A DNA stretch of 64,000 nt from Phycisphaeraceae bacterium (lineage in GTDB: Bacteria; Planctomycetota; Phycisphaerae; Phycisphaerales; Phycisphaeraceae), in NCBI GenBank assembly GCA_963674705.1, contig OY771506.1:448001-512000 (forward strand). The letters are read 5' to 3'. The notes below the pieces were generated by a model. That model had not been told where the DNA came from, did not search any database, and worked only from the letters and a program-made list of their open reading frames with translations. The position numbers were made by a program, and so were the translations under genes. Below are positions 10,246 through 19,225 of the stretch, piece after piece. How positions within the stretch are numbered: the first letter of the stretch is position 1; every line of letters begins with the position of its first letter.

Positions 10246-10285
10246 ATTTATCTTGACAGACGGGATTAGCCCTGTCAAGATAAAT
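10246..10285. promoter_or_regulatory. Perfect 14-bp inverted repeat carrying TTGACA on both strands (bidirectional promoter and/or operator)
   Basis: ATTTATCTTGACAG-12 nt-CTGTCAAGATAAAT between divergent genes; TTGACA-17-CAAGAT on each strand. Confidence 0.6.
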
Positions 10286-10371
10286 TCGTGCCGCGAACGA
10301 ATAAACCTTAATTTTCTTTTTTGGCCTCCACACCAACAGGCTCACGCCAACGAAACCAAGGACTCTAATCA

Positions 10372-12189
10372 ATGCATCCTATTGACTGGACTATAGTTAT
10401 TGGATATGTCGTCATCGCCCTCGGTGTCGGGCTCATGATGATGAAGAAGGCGTCGCAGAACCTCGGCGAGTTCTATCTCGCCGGGCGATCGCTGCCTTGG
10501 TGGGTCGCAGGCACCTCGCTCGTAGCTACCAGTTTCTCCGCGGATACCCCCCTCTTCGTCGCCGGACTTGTCCGCACCGAGGGCGTGTTCGGCAACTGGT
10601 TCTGGTGGTCCACCGCCATGGCCGCCCTCGCCACCGTCTTCTTCTTCGCCCGCCTCTGGCGCAGACTCGACATCCTCACCGACATCGAATTCCTCGTTGT
10701 CCGCTATGACCAGTCCCCCGCCCGCGCGGTGCTCCGCATCTTCCGCGCGATGTTTGACGGCATTCTCGTCAACTGCATCATCATGGCGTCCGTCACGCTC
10801 GCCGCCTCCAAACTCATCCAGACCATGCTCGGGCTCTCGGGCGACGCCCTGTTCACCATCCCCTTCGTTTGCGACATCACCTCCACCACGCTCGTCATGC
10901 TCTCGCTCGGACTGATCGCGCTGATCTACACCACCCTCTCCGGGCTCTACGGCGTGGTCTACACCGACCTCGTTCAGTTCACGCTCGCGATCATCGGCGC
11001 GTTCGCACTGGCGATCGCTGCGTACCTGGCTGCAGCGGAAAACGGGCCGGTCATGCAGCAGATCACCGCGCTTGAAAACTATCACGCCGAGCAGACCGCG
11101 ATGTTCCCGCCCATGCAAGGCAACGGCCTGGCGCTGTTCACCTTCATCGTCTACGTCGGCTTCTCCTGGTGGGGTGGCGCGCCCGGCAACGGTTTTGCCA
11201 TCCAGCGCCTGCTCGCCACGCGCTCTGAACGCGACTCCATGCTCGCGTTCCTCTGGTACAGCGTGTGTCACTTCGTCGTCCGCCCCTGGCCTTGGATCAT
11301 CGTCGGGCTCATTTCGATGTTGTACTTCCCCGGGCTTGATGATGCGGAAAACGCTTATCCACTCATGATCGAGCGTTTCCTGCCGATCGGACTCAAAGGC
11401 GTCATGGTCGCGTCGCTGCTCGCAGCATTCATGAGCACGCTCGATACACACCTGAACTGGGGCTCATCCTATCTCATTAACGATGTGTACAAACCCTACA
11501 TCAAGCCGCGCGATGACGATCGGCACTATGTGCTCGCTGCGCGCTGGTCGATGGTGTTGCTTACCGTGGCTATGCTCATCGTGACCACGCAGATCAACGG
11601 CATCCTCGATGCGTACAAGTACCTCGGCGTCATCACCGGCGGCGCAGGCACCGTCATGGTCGCTCGCTGGTACTGGTGGCGCGTCAATGTCTACAGCGAG
11701 ATCAGCGCGATGGCGGCATCGCTTATCCTCGGCAACATCGTCGCGTATTACCTGCCCGACAAGACGCTCGCCGATGGAACCTTCGCCACCTACTTCGGGC
11801 ACCGCTTCCTCATCAACATGTTCGGCTGCCTCGTCGTCTGGATCACCGTCACGCTGTTCATCCCCGCCAAACCCACCGCGCAGGCGATCGCGTTCTTCAA
11901 GAAGACCGGCGTCGGCGGGCCCGGCTGGAAGCGCGTCGCCGATGACACGCACACAACCATCCCGCCGATGAACTTCGGCTTCCACGTGCTCGGTTGGATC
12001 ACCGGCTGCGTCTTCATCCTCTGTTTGCTTCTCGGCGTCGGCGAAGTGATCTTCGTCCGCTTCATCCCGGCGGCGCTCTACCTCGGCGCATCGGTCATCG
12101 CGGGCGCGTTGCTCATCACCAAGTTCAGCAAGTTGTTTGAAAATCCAAAAGAAAACATGGCGGAGAATAGCGCGGTCGGGCCGGCGTGA
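10372..12189 (+). CDS. Sodium:solute symporter (SSS/SLC5)
   Basis: FYLAGRSLPWWVAGTSLVATSFSADTP, IQRLLA, SLLAAFMSTLDTHLNWG; many TM helices. Confidence 0.92.
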   Translation: MHPIDWTIVIGYVVIALGVGLMMMKKASQNLGEFYLAGRSLPWWVAGTSLVATSFSADTPLFVAGLVRTEGVFGNWFWWSTAMAALATVFFFARLWRRLDILTDIEFLVVRYDQSPARAVLRIFRAMFDGILVNCIIMASVTLAASKLIQTMLGLSGDALFTIPFVCDITSTTLVMLSLGLIALIYTTLSGLYGVVYTDLVQFTLAIIGAFALAIAAYLAAAENGPVMQQITALENYHAEQTAMFPPMQGNGLALFTFIVYVGFSWWGGAPGNGFAIQRLLATRSERDSMLAFLWYSVCHFVVRPWPWIIVGLISMLYFPGLDDAENAYPLMIERFLPIGLKGVMVASLLAAFMSTLDTHLNWGSSYLINDVYKPYIKPRDDDRHYVLAARWSMVLLTVAMLIVTTQINGILDAYKYLGVITGGAGTVMVARWYWWRVNVYSEISAMAASLILGNIVAYYLPDKTLADGTFATYFGHRFLINMFGCLVVWITVTLFIPAKPTAQAIAFFKKTGVGGPGWKRVADDTHTTIPPMNFGFHVLGWITGCVFILCLLLGVGEVIFVRFIPAALYLGASVIAGALLITKFSKLFENPKENMAENSAVGPA

Positions 12190-12343
12190 GACAGGCGTTC
12201 CACGAGCTGCCTCTTTTCGACCGCGATCGTGCGCATACTCACCAAACACGACTGGCCCGTGCGCATGTAGAGCGGTGGATAACCGCATACCCCTGTGCGC
12301 CATTTTTGCATTGTGACTTTGAGTCGTGTATCGCCCGATTGCG

Positions 12344-13870
12344 TTACTCAAGCGTCAGCGCGGCAAACGCGAGCGCGGGCAGCTCGATCGTGATGTTCTT
12401 TCCCGACTGCCCGACGATCTGAGCGTTCACGATCTTGCCATGATCCTTGTCAATGTAGCGCAGCGTCGGCTTCAAACCTTCGATGGTTCTATCGAACTGA
12501 ATCTTTAGCCGCCGCGCGCCGTCTTGCTTGTTAAGCAGCAGGACCGCTTGCGCGCTATCTTCATCATCCGATGCTGCTATCACCACAAGCTGCTCGCCAT
12601 CATGCTTCACCTCAACCTGCTGCTTATCCAACACTGTTGAGAACAAACGCATCATCGACAGCGAAGCGGTTTCATGATGCGGCGGCTCGTGCGTGATGAT
12701 GCTTTCGAAGCGATCTTGCCTGGGCCAGACCTCGCGTGAGCTTTGCCAGAGCAGCGTCCATAAACATGTGATGTCCGCGCCGCCATCGAGAAACGCCATC
12801 AGCATTTCACTTTGCATCAGTGCGATCTGCGCATCGGGTAAGTCCCATGTAAAGTCGCTTGGGCCGATGTTCCATTCGAGCACGACGATGCGGATGTCGG
12901 GAAAGCCCGCATCACTGCACATCTTGCAGATCAATTTCATGTCTTCGCCGAACGGCCGATCCATCCAGTCGTCTTTCCATTGATCGCCCGACCGCATCGG
13001 TGTCTGGCTTAGCCACTTGTCCCACGACGAGGTGCCCCACGACCAGTACCAGTGCATGTCGATGTAGTCGACGACGGGGCCGGCAGTTTCGATGAAGTGC
13101 TTGAAACCCTTGAAGTGATTGATCGTTTCCGACGATGCGGGGTTCACGATCAGCTTCGCATCGGGAAACTCCTTCTTGATCGCTTTGCCGAAGTAAAGCA
13201 CATCTTCCGCGTATTGATTTTTTCGGAACGTATACGCCGCCTCGTAATGCCAGGGTTCGTTATCCAAAAACCAGTACTTGACTTTAAAACCTTTCTCCTT
13301 GCAGTAGCGCATCAGGCGCAGCGCTTCATCAAGACCTTCTGCACGTCGGTCGAAACGCCTGCCGCAAGACAGATTCAAACCAATAACAGGTTCGGCGTTC
13401 AACGCACGGCAACGCTTCATGTAGTCGTCGATACTCATGAAGTTTTCGTTGGTTTCCCAGTCTTTCGGATCGACCCAAGTCACCTGAAACGGGCCACGGT
13501 CGCGCGGATTGCCGAAGACTTTAGGGTCGTCGTGGATGTCTTCGTAGCCATTCACGCCCGGATGCTCCCAGTGATAGAAGCTCGTTTCTTCTCCGCCGGG
13601 ATAGCGTAGCGCGCCGATACCTGCCTTGCGTACCTTGTCTTCGAGGTTGAACTTCTCCCAGAATTCATCGGTATCGTTGAAGTAGCTGAGGTTGATGCCG
13701 AGGAAGCTATGGGGGATGTGTCTGTGGACCTGTTGCGTGTTGACCGTGATGGTTTCCGCTTTCTCTTGTGCGTCAGCGGCCGGCGTTTGCTGTTCGGCCT
13801 GGCCGACAGTGCAGCTTGCGAGCAGCAAGCAGAACAGAACGAACAGGTGTGTGACTGGTTGGCGTGCCAT
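12344..13870 (-). CDS. Clan GH-A glycoside hydrolase lipoprotein (GH51/GH79/GH44-like; family uncertain)
   Basis: Lipobox LLASC; LRYPGG, YWFLDNEPW (acid/base NE), IDMHWY, VLEWN (nucleophile); C-terminal beta-sandwich-like segment. Confidence 0.7.
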   Translation of the reverse strand: MARQPVTHLFVLFCLLLASCTVGQAEQQTPAADAQEKAETITVNTQQVHRHIPHSFLGINLSYFNDTDEFWEKFNLEDKVRKAGIGALRYPGGEETSFYHWEHPGVNGYEDIHDDPKVFGNPRDRGPFQVTWVDPKDWETNENFMSIDDYMKRCRALNAEPVIGLNLSCGRRFDRRAEGLDEALRLMRYCKEKGFKVKYWFLDNEPWHYEAAYTFRKNQYAEDVLYFGKAIKKEFPDAKLIVNPASSETINHFKGFKHFIETAGPVVDYIDMHWYWSWGTSSWDKWLSQTPMRSGDQWKDDWMDRPFGEDMKLICKMCSDAGFPDIRIVVLEWNIGPSDFTWDLPDAQIALMQSEMLMAFLDGGADITCLWTLLWQSSREVWPRQDRFESIITHEPPHHETASLSMMRLFSTVLDKQQVEVKHDGEQLVVIAASDDEDSAQAVLLLNKQDGARRLKIQFDRTIEGLKPTLRYIDKDHGKIVNAQIVGQSGKNITIELPALAFAALTLE

Positions 13871-13915
13871 CGGGCGTCTCCGTTACGAAGTAAGTATAGA
13901 CGTTCTTGTGATGGG

Positions 13916-15388
13916 TTATTGAGCGTGGACTTCGCCGCGGCGTTGTTCGAGCGCGTTGCGCGTCTCGGTAGCGCGTTTGGCGGTGATCGGGTAGAAGTAC
14001 AAGGCAACCAGCGCGAACAGCGCTGTCAACGCCGGGCCGCCGGCGAGGAAGAGTCGCATCTTGGTGAATGTCCCCGGCATCTGGTCGACACCGGCCTCGA
14101 CGACAAAACCCGCAACCGCAAGCGCCAAGCCCGTGCCGAAGTATGCTACCGATACGACCATCTTCTCGAGCCAGGAGAAGACCGCGCTGAACATCCCTTC
14201 GCGCCGCTGGCCGTGCTGTAATTCATCTTCATCGCAGACGTCCGCCATCATGGACGCGAGCATGATCTTCACCGCGACCCACATCGGCCCACAAAGAAGC
14301 GGATCGATGAGGATGATCGGGTCGACGGTGATTTTCCATTCGCCGAATCCGACAAGGTACATCGTGTGACCGGGCGTGAAGATGAACCATTTGGCGATGC
14401 CGCCGACAACCATGAGTGCATAGACGAAGTAGAGCGAGCCGTGCTTGCCGAACTTATTGGCAAGCCAGGTGATGACGGGGATCGCGGCGAAGCCAACAAC
14501 ACCATAACCCGTCGTCAGCAGACCCTTCTGGATAAGCCCAGCGCCCTTGTTGCCTTCGTTCATAAAGTAGACGAGCAGGTACTGGTCGATCCCCATCGCG
14601 AGCACGCCGGAGAGCGTGTTGAGTACGATGATCGAAACAAGAACTAAAAACGGTTTGTTACTGCACGCGCTCTTGGCACTATCCCAGAGCTTGACGGTTT
14701 GTTGATTAGACACTTTGTGGAAGAAACGTTCGCGAACGAACAAGCCGGGCAAAGTGCCGATGCCCGCCATGATGGCGATCCCGACGATCCACGCCATGAC
14801 ATGCACGCCTTCGATGGTGATGTCTTCGGCATCAACAACAAGCGCGAGACTGATCGCGGTCGCCAGTGGGAGCATCCACCCGCCGAGCAGTTCGCCCAGC
14901 TTATGGAAGAACGCGAGGAATGCCATGACGCGCGTTCGTTCGTGGTAGTCCGGCGTCATCTCGTAGGACAGCGCAGCAAAAGGCACAGAAAACACGGTAT
15001 ACGCAGTGAAAAACGCGATCTGTAAAACGATGAAGTAGATGATCTTCCAGGCGTCGCTGAACGCGGCCGGGACGTACCAGATGGCAATGAAGATCAGGCC
15101 CATCGACACCGCGCCGACGACGATGAAAGGCTTGCGGCGTCCGAAGCGTGAATGACAGTTGTCAGAAATCCGCCCCATGATGGGATCAGACAGCGCGTCC
15201 CAGAAGCGAGGGATCATCAGCGCGATGCCGACCCAGAACGCGCTGATGCCGAGCATCATGTTGTAGACGGGGTACGCCAGCACGCTGATGCCTGCGTAGC
15301 CGAAGAACGCGGCGAGCGCGCCGATGCCCAGCGAAGACTTTTCAAAAAGTCCGACGCGGTCCTCGGGGCGTGTGGTGCTTGATGCCAT
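13916..15388 (-). CDS. MFS transporter, glycoside-pentoside-hexuronide (MelB-like) family
   Basis: PRFWDALSDPIMGRISD..SRFGRRKPF, ALSYEMTPDYHERT, SMMADVCD.DE...G.RREG.F. Confidence 0.9.
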   Translation of the reverse strand: MASSTTRPEDRVGLFEKSSLGIGALAAFFGYAGISVLAYPVYNMMLGISAFWVGIALMIPRFWDALSDPIMGRISDNCHSRFGRRKPFIVVGAVSMGLIFIAIWYVPAAFSDAWKIIYFIVLQIAFFTAYTVFSVPFAALSYEMTPDYHERTRVMAFLAFFHKLGELLGGWMLPLATAISLALVVDAEDITIEGVHVMAWIVGIAIMAGIGTLPGLFVRERFFHKVSNQQTVKLWDSAKSACSNKPFLVLVSIIVLNTLSGVLAMGIDQYLLVYFMNEGNKGAGLIQKGLLTTGYGVVGFAAIPVITWLANKFGKHGSLYFVYALMVVGGIAKWFIFTPGHTMYLVGFGEWKITVDPIILIDPLLCGPMWVAVKIMLASMMADVCDEDELQHGQRREGMFSAVFSWLEKMVVSVAYFGTGLALAVAGFVVEAGVDQMPGTFTKMRLFLAGGPALTALFALVALYFYPITAKRATETRNALEQRRGEVHAQ

Positions 15389-15444
15389 GTGCGTTAGCGT
15401 GTGTGATGAATCGGAATCGTGAATTCAAAAACGAAAACAAACGA

Positions 15445-15696
15445 TCAAACTTCAGCGGGCCAGTCTTCTTCATCCTTGGCTCGGATGGCATCGACGGTCC
15501 AGCGTTTGAGCATGTGTTTGTAACGCTGCTTGTAGACCTGGTAGAGCGCGAGGATCTCCATCTCGTCGCCGACAAAGTTGCAGCGGCGGCAATAGAAGTC
15601 TTCCGACCCGGCTTCCTGCAAGAGGTCGTAATCGATCTCGCGCATCAGGCAGATCGGGCAGCGGTAGTTTATTTTGCCTGTTCGACCTTGAGACAC
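15445..15696 (-). CDS. Small Zn-ribbon protein (CPIC..CRRC), hypothetical
   Basis: Two CxxC pairs in 83 aa; overlaps the 3' end of the upstream 611-aa gene and fills the gap to the MFS gene. Confidence 0.7.
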   Translation of the reverse strand: MSQGRTGKINYRCPICLMREIDYDLLQEAGSEDFYCRRCNFVGDEMEILALYQVYKQRYKHMLKRWTVDAIRAKDEEDWPAEV

Positions 15697-17504
15697 GTCA
15701 CAAGCTCCTCGTTGAGTCCGATGGTTTTAACTAATCCGATCTTCAGGTTGGGTGCGAACGAATACCCCTCTTCAAAGTAGCCCCGGCAAGGCTCGGTTAA
15801 CGGCATCAAACTGACCTTCGTCTGCACCATCGGGATAACAGCCTCAACAACCTGCGCATCATCGAGCGAGGCTTCACGACAAAGATATTCATAAGAAACG
15901 TCTTCGCGTTTACCATCCTTACTTAGAACTGAAAGTGTGCAGCCGGTGAGGTCTTCGGGGTATTCGGTCGTGCCCCAGCACGAGGTCAGAAATTCATCGA
16001 CCTCGATCGTCGCATCCGGCTTGGATGCACTGATAAGCTTGCGTTTTATCTCGATTTTTCCTGTATTTGGCGCGAAACGGTACGTCGTCGCTAACTCAAT
16101 CGTCAGGTCCTTGAACTCGATCGTAACGGGCTTGACGGTCAACACGCGCACTTCCCCATCCTGCGAAGCGCGGCCGATCGTTCTGCATGAACTCAGATCG
16201 ATCTCTTCACCCTGGTAGCGCACCTTGCAACTCTTGATCGCGCCTTCGCCGGCATAGTGAACGAAAGGCCCGGCTCTATAGCGCGACTGCACGATGTAGG
16301 GATAGGATGCATCCTGGTTCGCCTCCGTGCCCGCGCCGCAAGGGCGCTGGAGTTTGGAAGCGTATGGGCGCAGGTCGGTAATTGCGCCGCCGAGTTTCAG
16401 ATCGATCTGCACGCGGAACTTGCTGTCGACATACCAGTATGCCTGGTTCTTCGTGCCGAAGGCGATGTCTTTCCAGTGGCCGACGATCGGGCCGCTGCGC
16501 GGTTGGTTGGCGCGGAACCAGTCGGCGAACTCGGTCATGGTCATGTCGACGACTTCGTTTTGCTTCTTTAATTCGCCGTAGTATGCGAGGAAGTCTTCGT
16601 AGCTTTTCTTGAGGATGCGGTAAGGCGCTTCCCACCGCCCGGCCTTGCCCATCCAGCCGGGGCCGACATAGACGAGGTTGTAGCTGAAGCCGTTGTTTTG
16701 ATCTTTGAGTACGCGGTAATGGTCGACGATGTTGTACATGTAGGGAAGACGTTCGTCTTCGTAGTTCAGACCGCGGATGATGTTCTGCGGGTGTGTGCCC
16801 CACATGTCGCCGGGATTATCCATGATCGCCAGCAGGTCGCGCGAAAGGTGCGGCACGGCGACGATGCCAAGGTCGTCTTCTTCGGATTCGGCGATGGCGT
16901 GCATGTTTTGTTTGGAAGGGATCCACGCTGTCCATGGCGAGCCGTCCATGATGGTGTACCACGAGTTGTTCGCGTGGCGGAAAACTTTCGGGCCTTCCTC
17001 GAAGCAGGTCGTGACGGCGGTCTTGACCATCGGGTACTTTTGTTTAATGAACGCGACGAGTTCGGCATCCATGAAGTACGAGCCTGTCGAGGTGGGGTAG
17101 AACCCGAAGACTTCCATGAATCGCTCGAAGGAATCGACCACGATGCGCTGCTTGTCGGCCATGTTATAAAGCCAGATGGCCGGGTCTTTGCGCTTGTATT
17201 TTTCGCGGAATTCCCTGCAGTTTACGCCTAAAAACGTGTGGCCGATCTCGTCGCCGAACTGCTTGTGATGCTCCTTGGCGATCGCGCAGGCCTCGTCGTT
17301 GTACAAGGCTGCGTACGTCATCTGGATCGTGGTTTTCAGGCCGTTCTGATGGGCGATATCCTGCTGAAGCCTGAAGATGTCGAGCGACTCGGTAACGACT
17401 TCGCGCTTACTGAGTTGTTCGGATTGACCCTGCTGCGCATCGGTGTCGATGTATTCGGGGACAAGCTCCGGACGATGGATCACGTTGAGCGCGAACATAT
17501 CCAA
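15669..17504 (-). CDS. Hypothetical cytoplasmic protein, possibly GH57/GH38/NodB-type barrel plus beta-sandwich
   Basis: Long ORF in operon; GDEIGHTF and FMEVFGFYPTSTGSYFMD resemble (beta/alpha)7-barrel motifs; MTMTEFADWF closes the domain. Confidence 0.6.
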   Translation of the reverse strand: MDMFALNVIHRPELVPEYIDTDAQQGQSEQLSKREVVTESLDIFRLQQDIAHQNGLKTTIQMTYAALYNDEACAIAKEHHKQFGDEIGHTFLGVNCREFREKYKRKDPAIWLYNMADKQRIVVDSFERFMEVFGFYPTSTGSYFMDAELVAFIKQKYPMVKTAVTTCFEEGPKVFRHANNSWYTIMDGSPWTAWIPSKQNMHAIAESEEDDLGIVAVPHLSRDLLAIMDNPGDMWGTHPQNIIRGLNYEDERLPYMYNIVDHYRVLKDQNNGFSYNLVYVGPGWMGKAGRWEAPYRILKKSYEDFLAYYGELKKQNEVVDMTMTEFADWFRANQPRSGPIVGHWKDIAFGTKNQAYWYVDSKFRVQIDLKLGGAITDLRPYASKLQRPCGAGTEANQDASYPYIVQSRYRAGPFVHYAGEGAIKSCKVRYQGEEIDLSSCRTIGRASQDGEVRVLTVKPVTIEFKDLTIELATTYRFAPNTGKIEIKRKLISASKPDATIEVDEFLTSCWGTTEYPEDLTGCTLSVLSKDGKREDVSYEYLCREASLDDAQVVEAVIPMVQTKVSLMPLTEPCRGYFEEGYSFAPNLKIGLVKTIGLNEELVTCLKVEQAK

Positions 17505-17545
17505 GTGGTCAGACCCTTACTTATCGATTGCTTAAAAAAGACGGA

Positions 17546-18694
17546 TCAGGTCAGGCTGGTGACCTGCGAGGACTTTTGCGTAAAGCGTGCGAACGCATCC
17601 AGCGCGGGCAGCGCTTCACCGGATTCATCGAACAGCGCGCGGGGCCAGCAGGTTTGGGCATCCGGCTCATCTTTGTAGCTGTCAACGTGAATCCATTCAG
17701 GCGCCCAGTAGAACAGGCCATCGAGACCGGGTGCGCTGCGTGATCCACGCACGACCTTGAGCAGGTCGGTGACGAAACGGTTTTGCCCTTCGGGAGTTAA
17801 CGGATAGCCGACGGGTTGCGTGCTGGGGATGCCGAAGGTTTCGGTGTCGGTCTGTATGTCGGGCGAATCGCTGTAAGCGGGGTGCGCTTTGTATGGGAAC
17901 GCGGTTTCGACGACGTAGATGCGCTTGTTGAACTGCTGGCGCAGGTGCCGGACAGTGTCGCGCAGGTCGGTCATCGAGCCGTGCCAGAACGGGTAGTACG
18001 ACAAGCCGATGGCGTCGTAAGGTACTTGCTGGATCTCGATCGATCGGAAGTAAGCCGAGGCTGCACGGTGGTTTCCGCCACGATCGATGTGGAGCATGAT
18101 CTGGACGGGTTGGTTTGCACCTTCGCGCACGCCTCGCACGCCGGCTTTGAGCAGGCCGGCGAATCGGCCCCAGGCTTTGGCGTTGTCGGCGAAGTCCTTC
18201 TCGCTCCATGAAGGCTCGTTGGTCAGGTGGGCGTGGGCGATGCGGCCGTGGTCCCAGAGCATGCCGGGGGTGATTTCGTTGCCGATCTGGACGCTGGACG
18301 GGCAGCAGCCGCGGGCGGAGAGGTCCTGGAAGACGTCGCGCGTGTAGGTGAACATGGCGTCGACGGTATCTTTGTAACTCAAGTCCTGCCAAGCCTTTGG
18401 GATGTATTGCTTGGCGGGATCGGCCCAGGTGTCGGAGTAGTGCATGCAGAGCATAACCTGCATGTCGGCGTCGATGCATTGCCTGGCGAGATCGCGTGTG
18501 TAGGCGAGGTCGTTGACCTGCGCGCCTTGGCCGGAGGGCGTGTGGAAGAGGCGAAGGCGGGCACAAGTGATGCCGGCTTCGCGGAGGATGGTCAGGGGCG
18601 GCGCGGGGACGGCGTTGCGGGTGTAGACGGCCCCGTGGTCGACCAACTGCTTAAGCATCGAGATGTCGGCTCCGAGGAGCGGCTGCTTAGTCAT
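17546..18694 (-). CDS. GH53 endo-beta-1,4-galactanase (no signal peptide)
   Basis: LGADISML, RLRLF, HYSDTWADPAKQ..PKAW, VQIGNEI, GLSYYPFWHG, VETAFP, FYWAPEW; start moved to ATG 18694. Confidence 0.92.
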   Translation of the reverse strand: MTKQPLLGADISMLKQLVDHGAVYTRNAVPAPPLTILREAGITCARLRLFHTPSGQGAQVNDLAYTRDLARQCIDADMQVMLCMHYSDTWADPAKQYIPKAWQDLSYKDTVDAMFTYTRDVFQDLSARGCCPSSVQIGNEITPGMLWDHGRIAHAHLTNEPSWSEKDFADNAKAWGRFAGLLKAGVRGVREGANQPVQIMLHIDRGGNHRAASAYFRSIEIQQVPYDAIGLSYYPFWHGSMTDLRDTVRHLRQQFNKRIYVVETAFPYKAHPAYSDSPDIQTDTETFGIPSTQPVGYPLTPEGQNRFVTDLLKVVRGSRSAPGLDGLFYWAPEWIHVDSYKDEPDAQTCWPRALFDESGEALPALDAFARFTQKSSQVTSLT

Positions 18695-18830
18695 TGCGGG
18701 GGCTGCACTTCTGATGAATGCGGACCGTGCTGGTGGTCGGCTGCGGGGCGCTGGGCAAGGCCGAAGCACCGATCGCGAGGCCGTATCCGGTCCCGTCCTC
18801 CAAAGGCTGAGGTCATTTATTCTGCAAGGC

Positions 18831-18859
18831 ATCGTAACATTGAACGTTCAAATAGTCAA
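18831..18859 (-). promoter_or_regulatory. Sigma70-type promoter with LacI-type operator in its spacer
   Basis: Minus strand TTGACT-17-TACGAT; perfect palindrome TTGAACGTTCAA at 18840-18851. Confidence 0.75.
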
Positions 18860-19213
18860 ATGTTTGTAGTAAAAGCATCCTATTTGTGTTTTCGGGGTGG
18901 TGATACGGGCAGCACGATGACGGGCCTAATAAGGATCATTTGCGGCGACGGAACCGGGGCAGCGTCCGAATCCATAAACTATTGTCAAATCAATCTATGA
19001 AAGCATAAATCCCTGTTATTTTCAGGGATTTTTCCTCGACATGAGCCTGGCATGGGGTAGAATATTGAAACCTTCAAGTAAATGGGACACTGTGGGTTGG
19101 CCGGGTGGCCCGGTGACAATCCGAAGAGCATCCGGTGAAGCTCCGGGGCAATCCGCGGGTGGCCGTTCGGGACGGGCGGGTTTTCCCGTAGGTCTTTATG
19201 TTGTATTTTGTAA

Positions 19214-19223
19214 TGAACATTCA
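19214..19223. promoter_or_regulatory. LacI-type operator copy upstream of lacI-family gene
   Basis: TGAACATTCA, one mismatch to TGAACGTTCA. Confidence 0.5.
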
Positions 19224-19225
19224 CA

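Noticed and set aside
10145..10372. N-terminal extension of ORF 9359..10372 (and similar extensions at 18832, 20499, 23490, 39028, 43936, 49535, 57785)
   Set aside because: These run through promoters, REP elements or neighbouring genes; downstream starts have better RBS or put the signal peptide or domain at the N-terminus.
12274..12282. oriC call from a DnaA-box-like TTATCCACC
   Set aside because: Single mismatched box, no cluster, no AT-rich unwinding element and no dnaA/dnaN; kept only as a note in the skew finding.
10369..12351. Long antisense ORFs (10369..11451, 11464..12351; also 23736..24794, 25790..26647, 41438..42499, 58352..59146)
   Set aside because: Shadow frames of well-supported GC-rich genes with no recognisable motifs.
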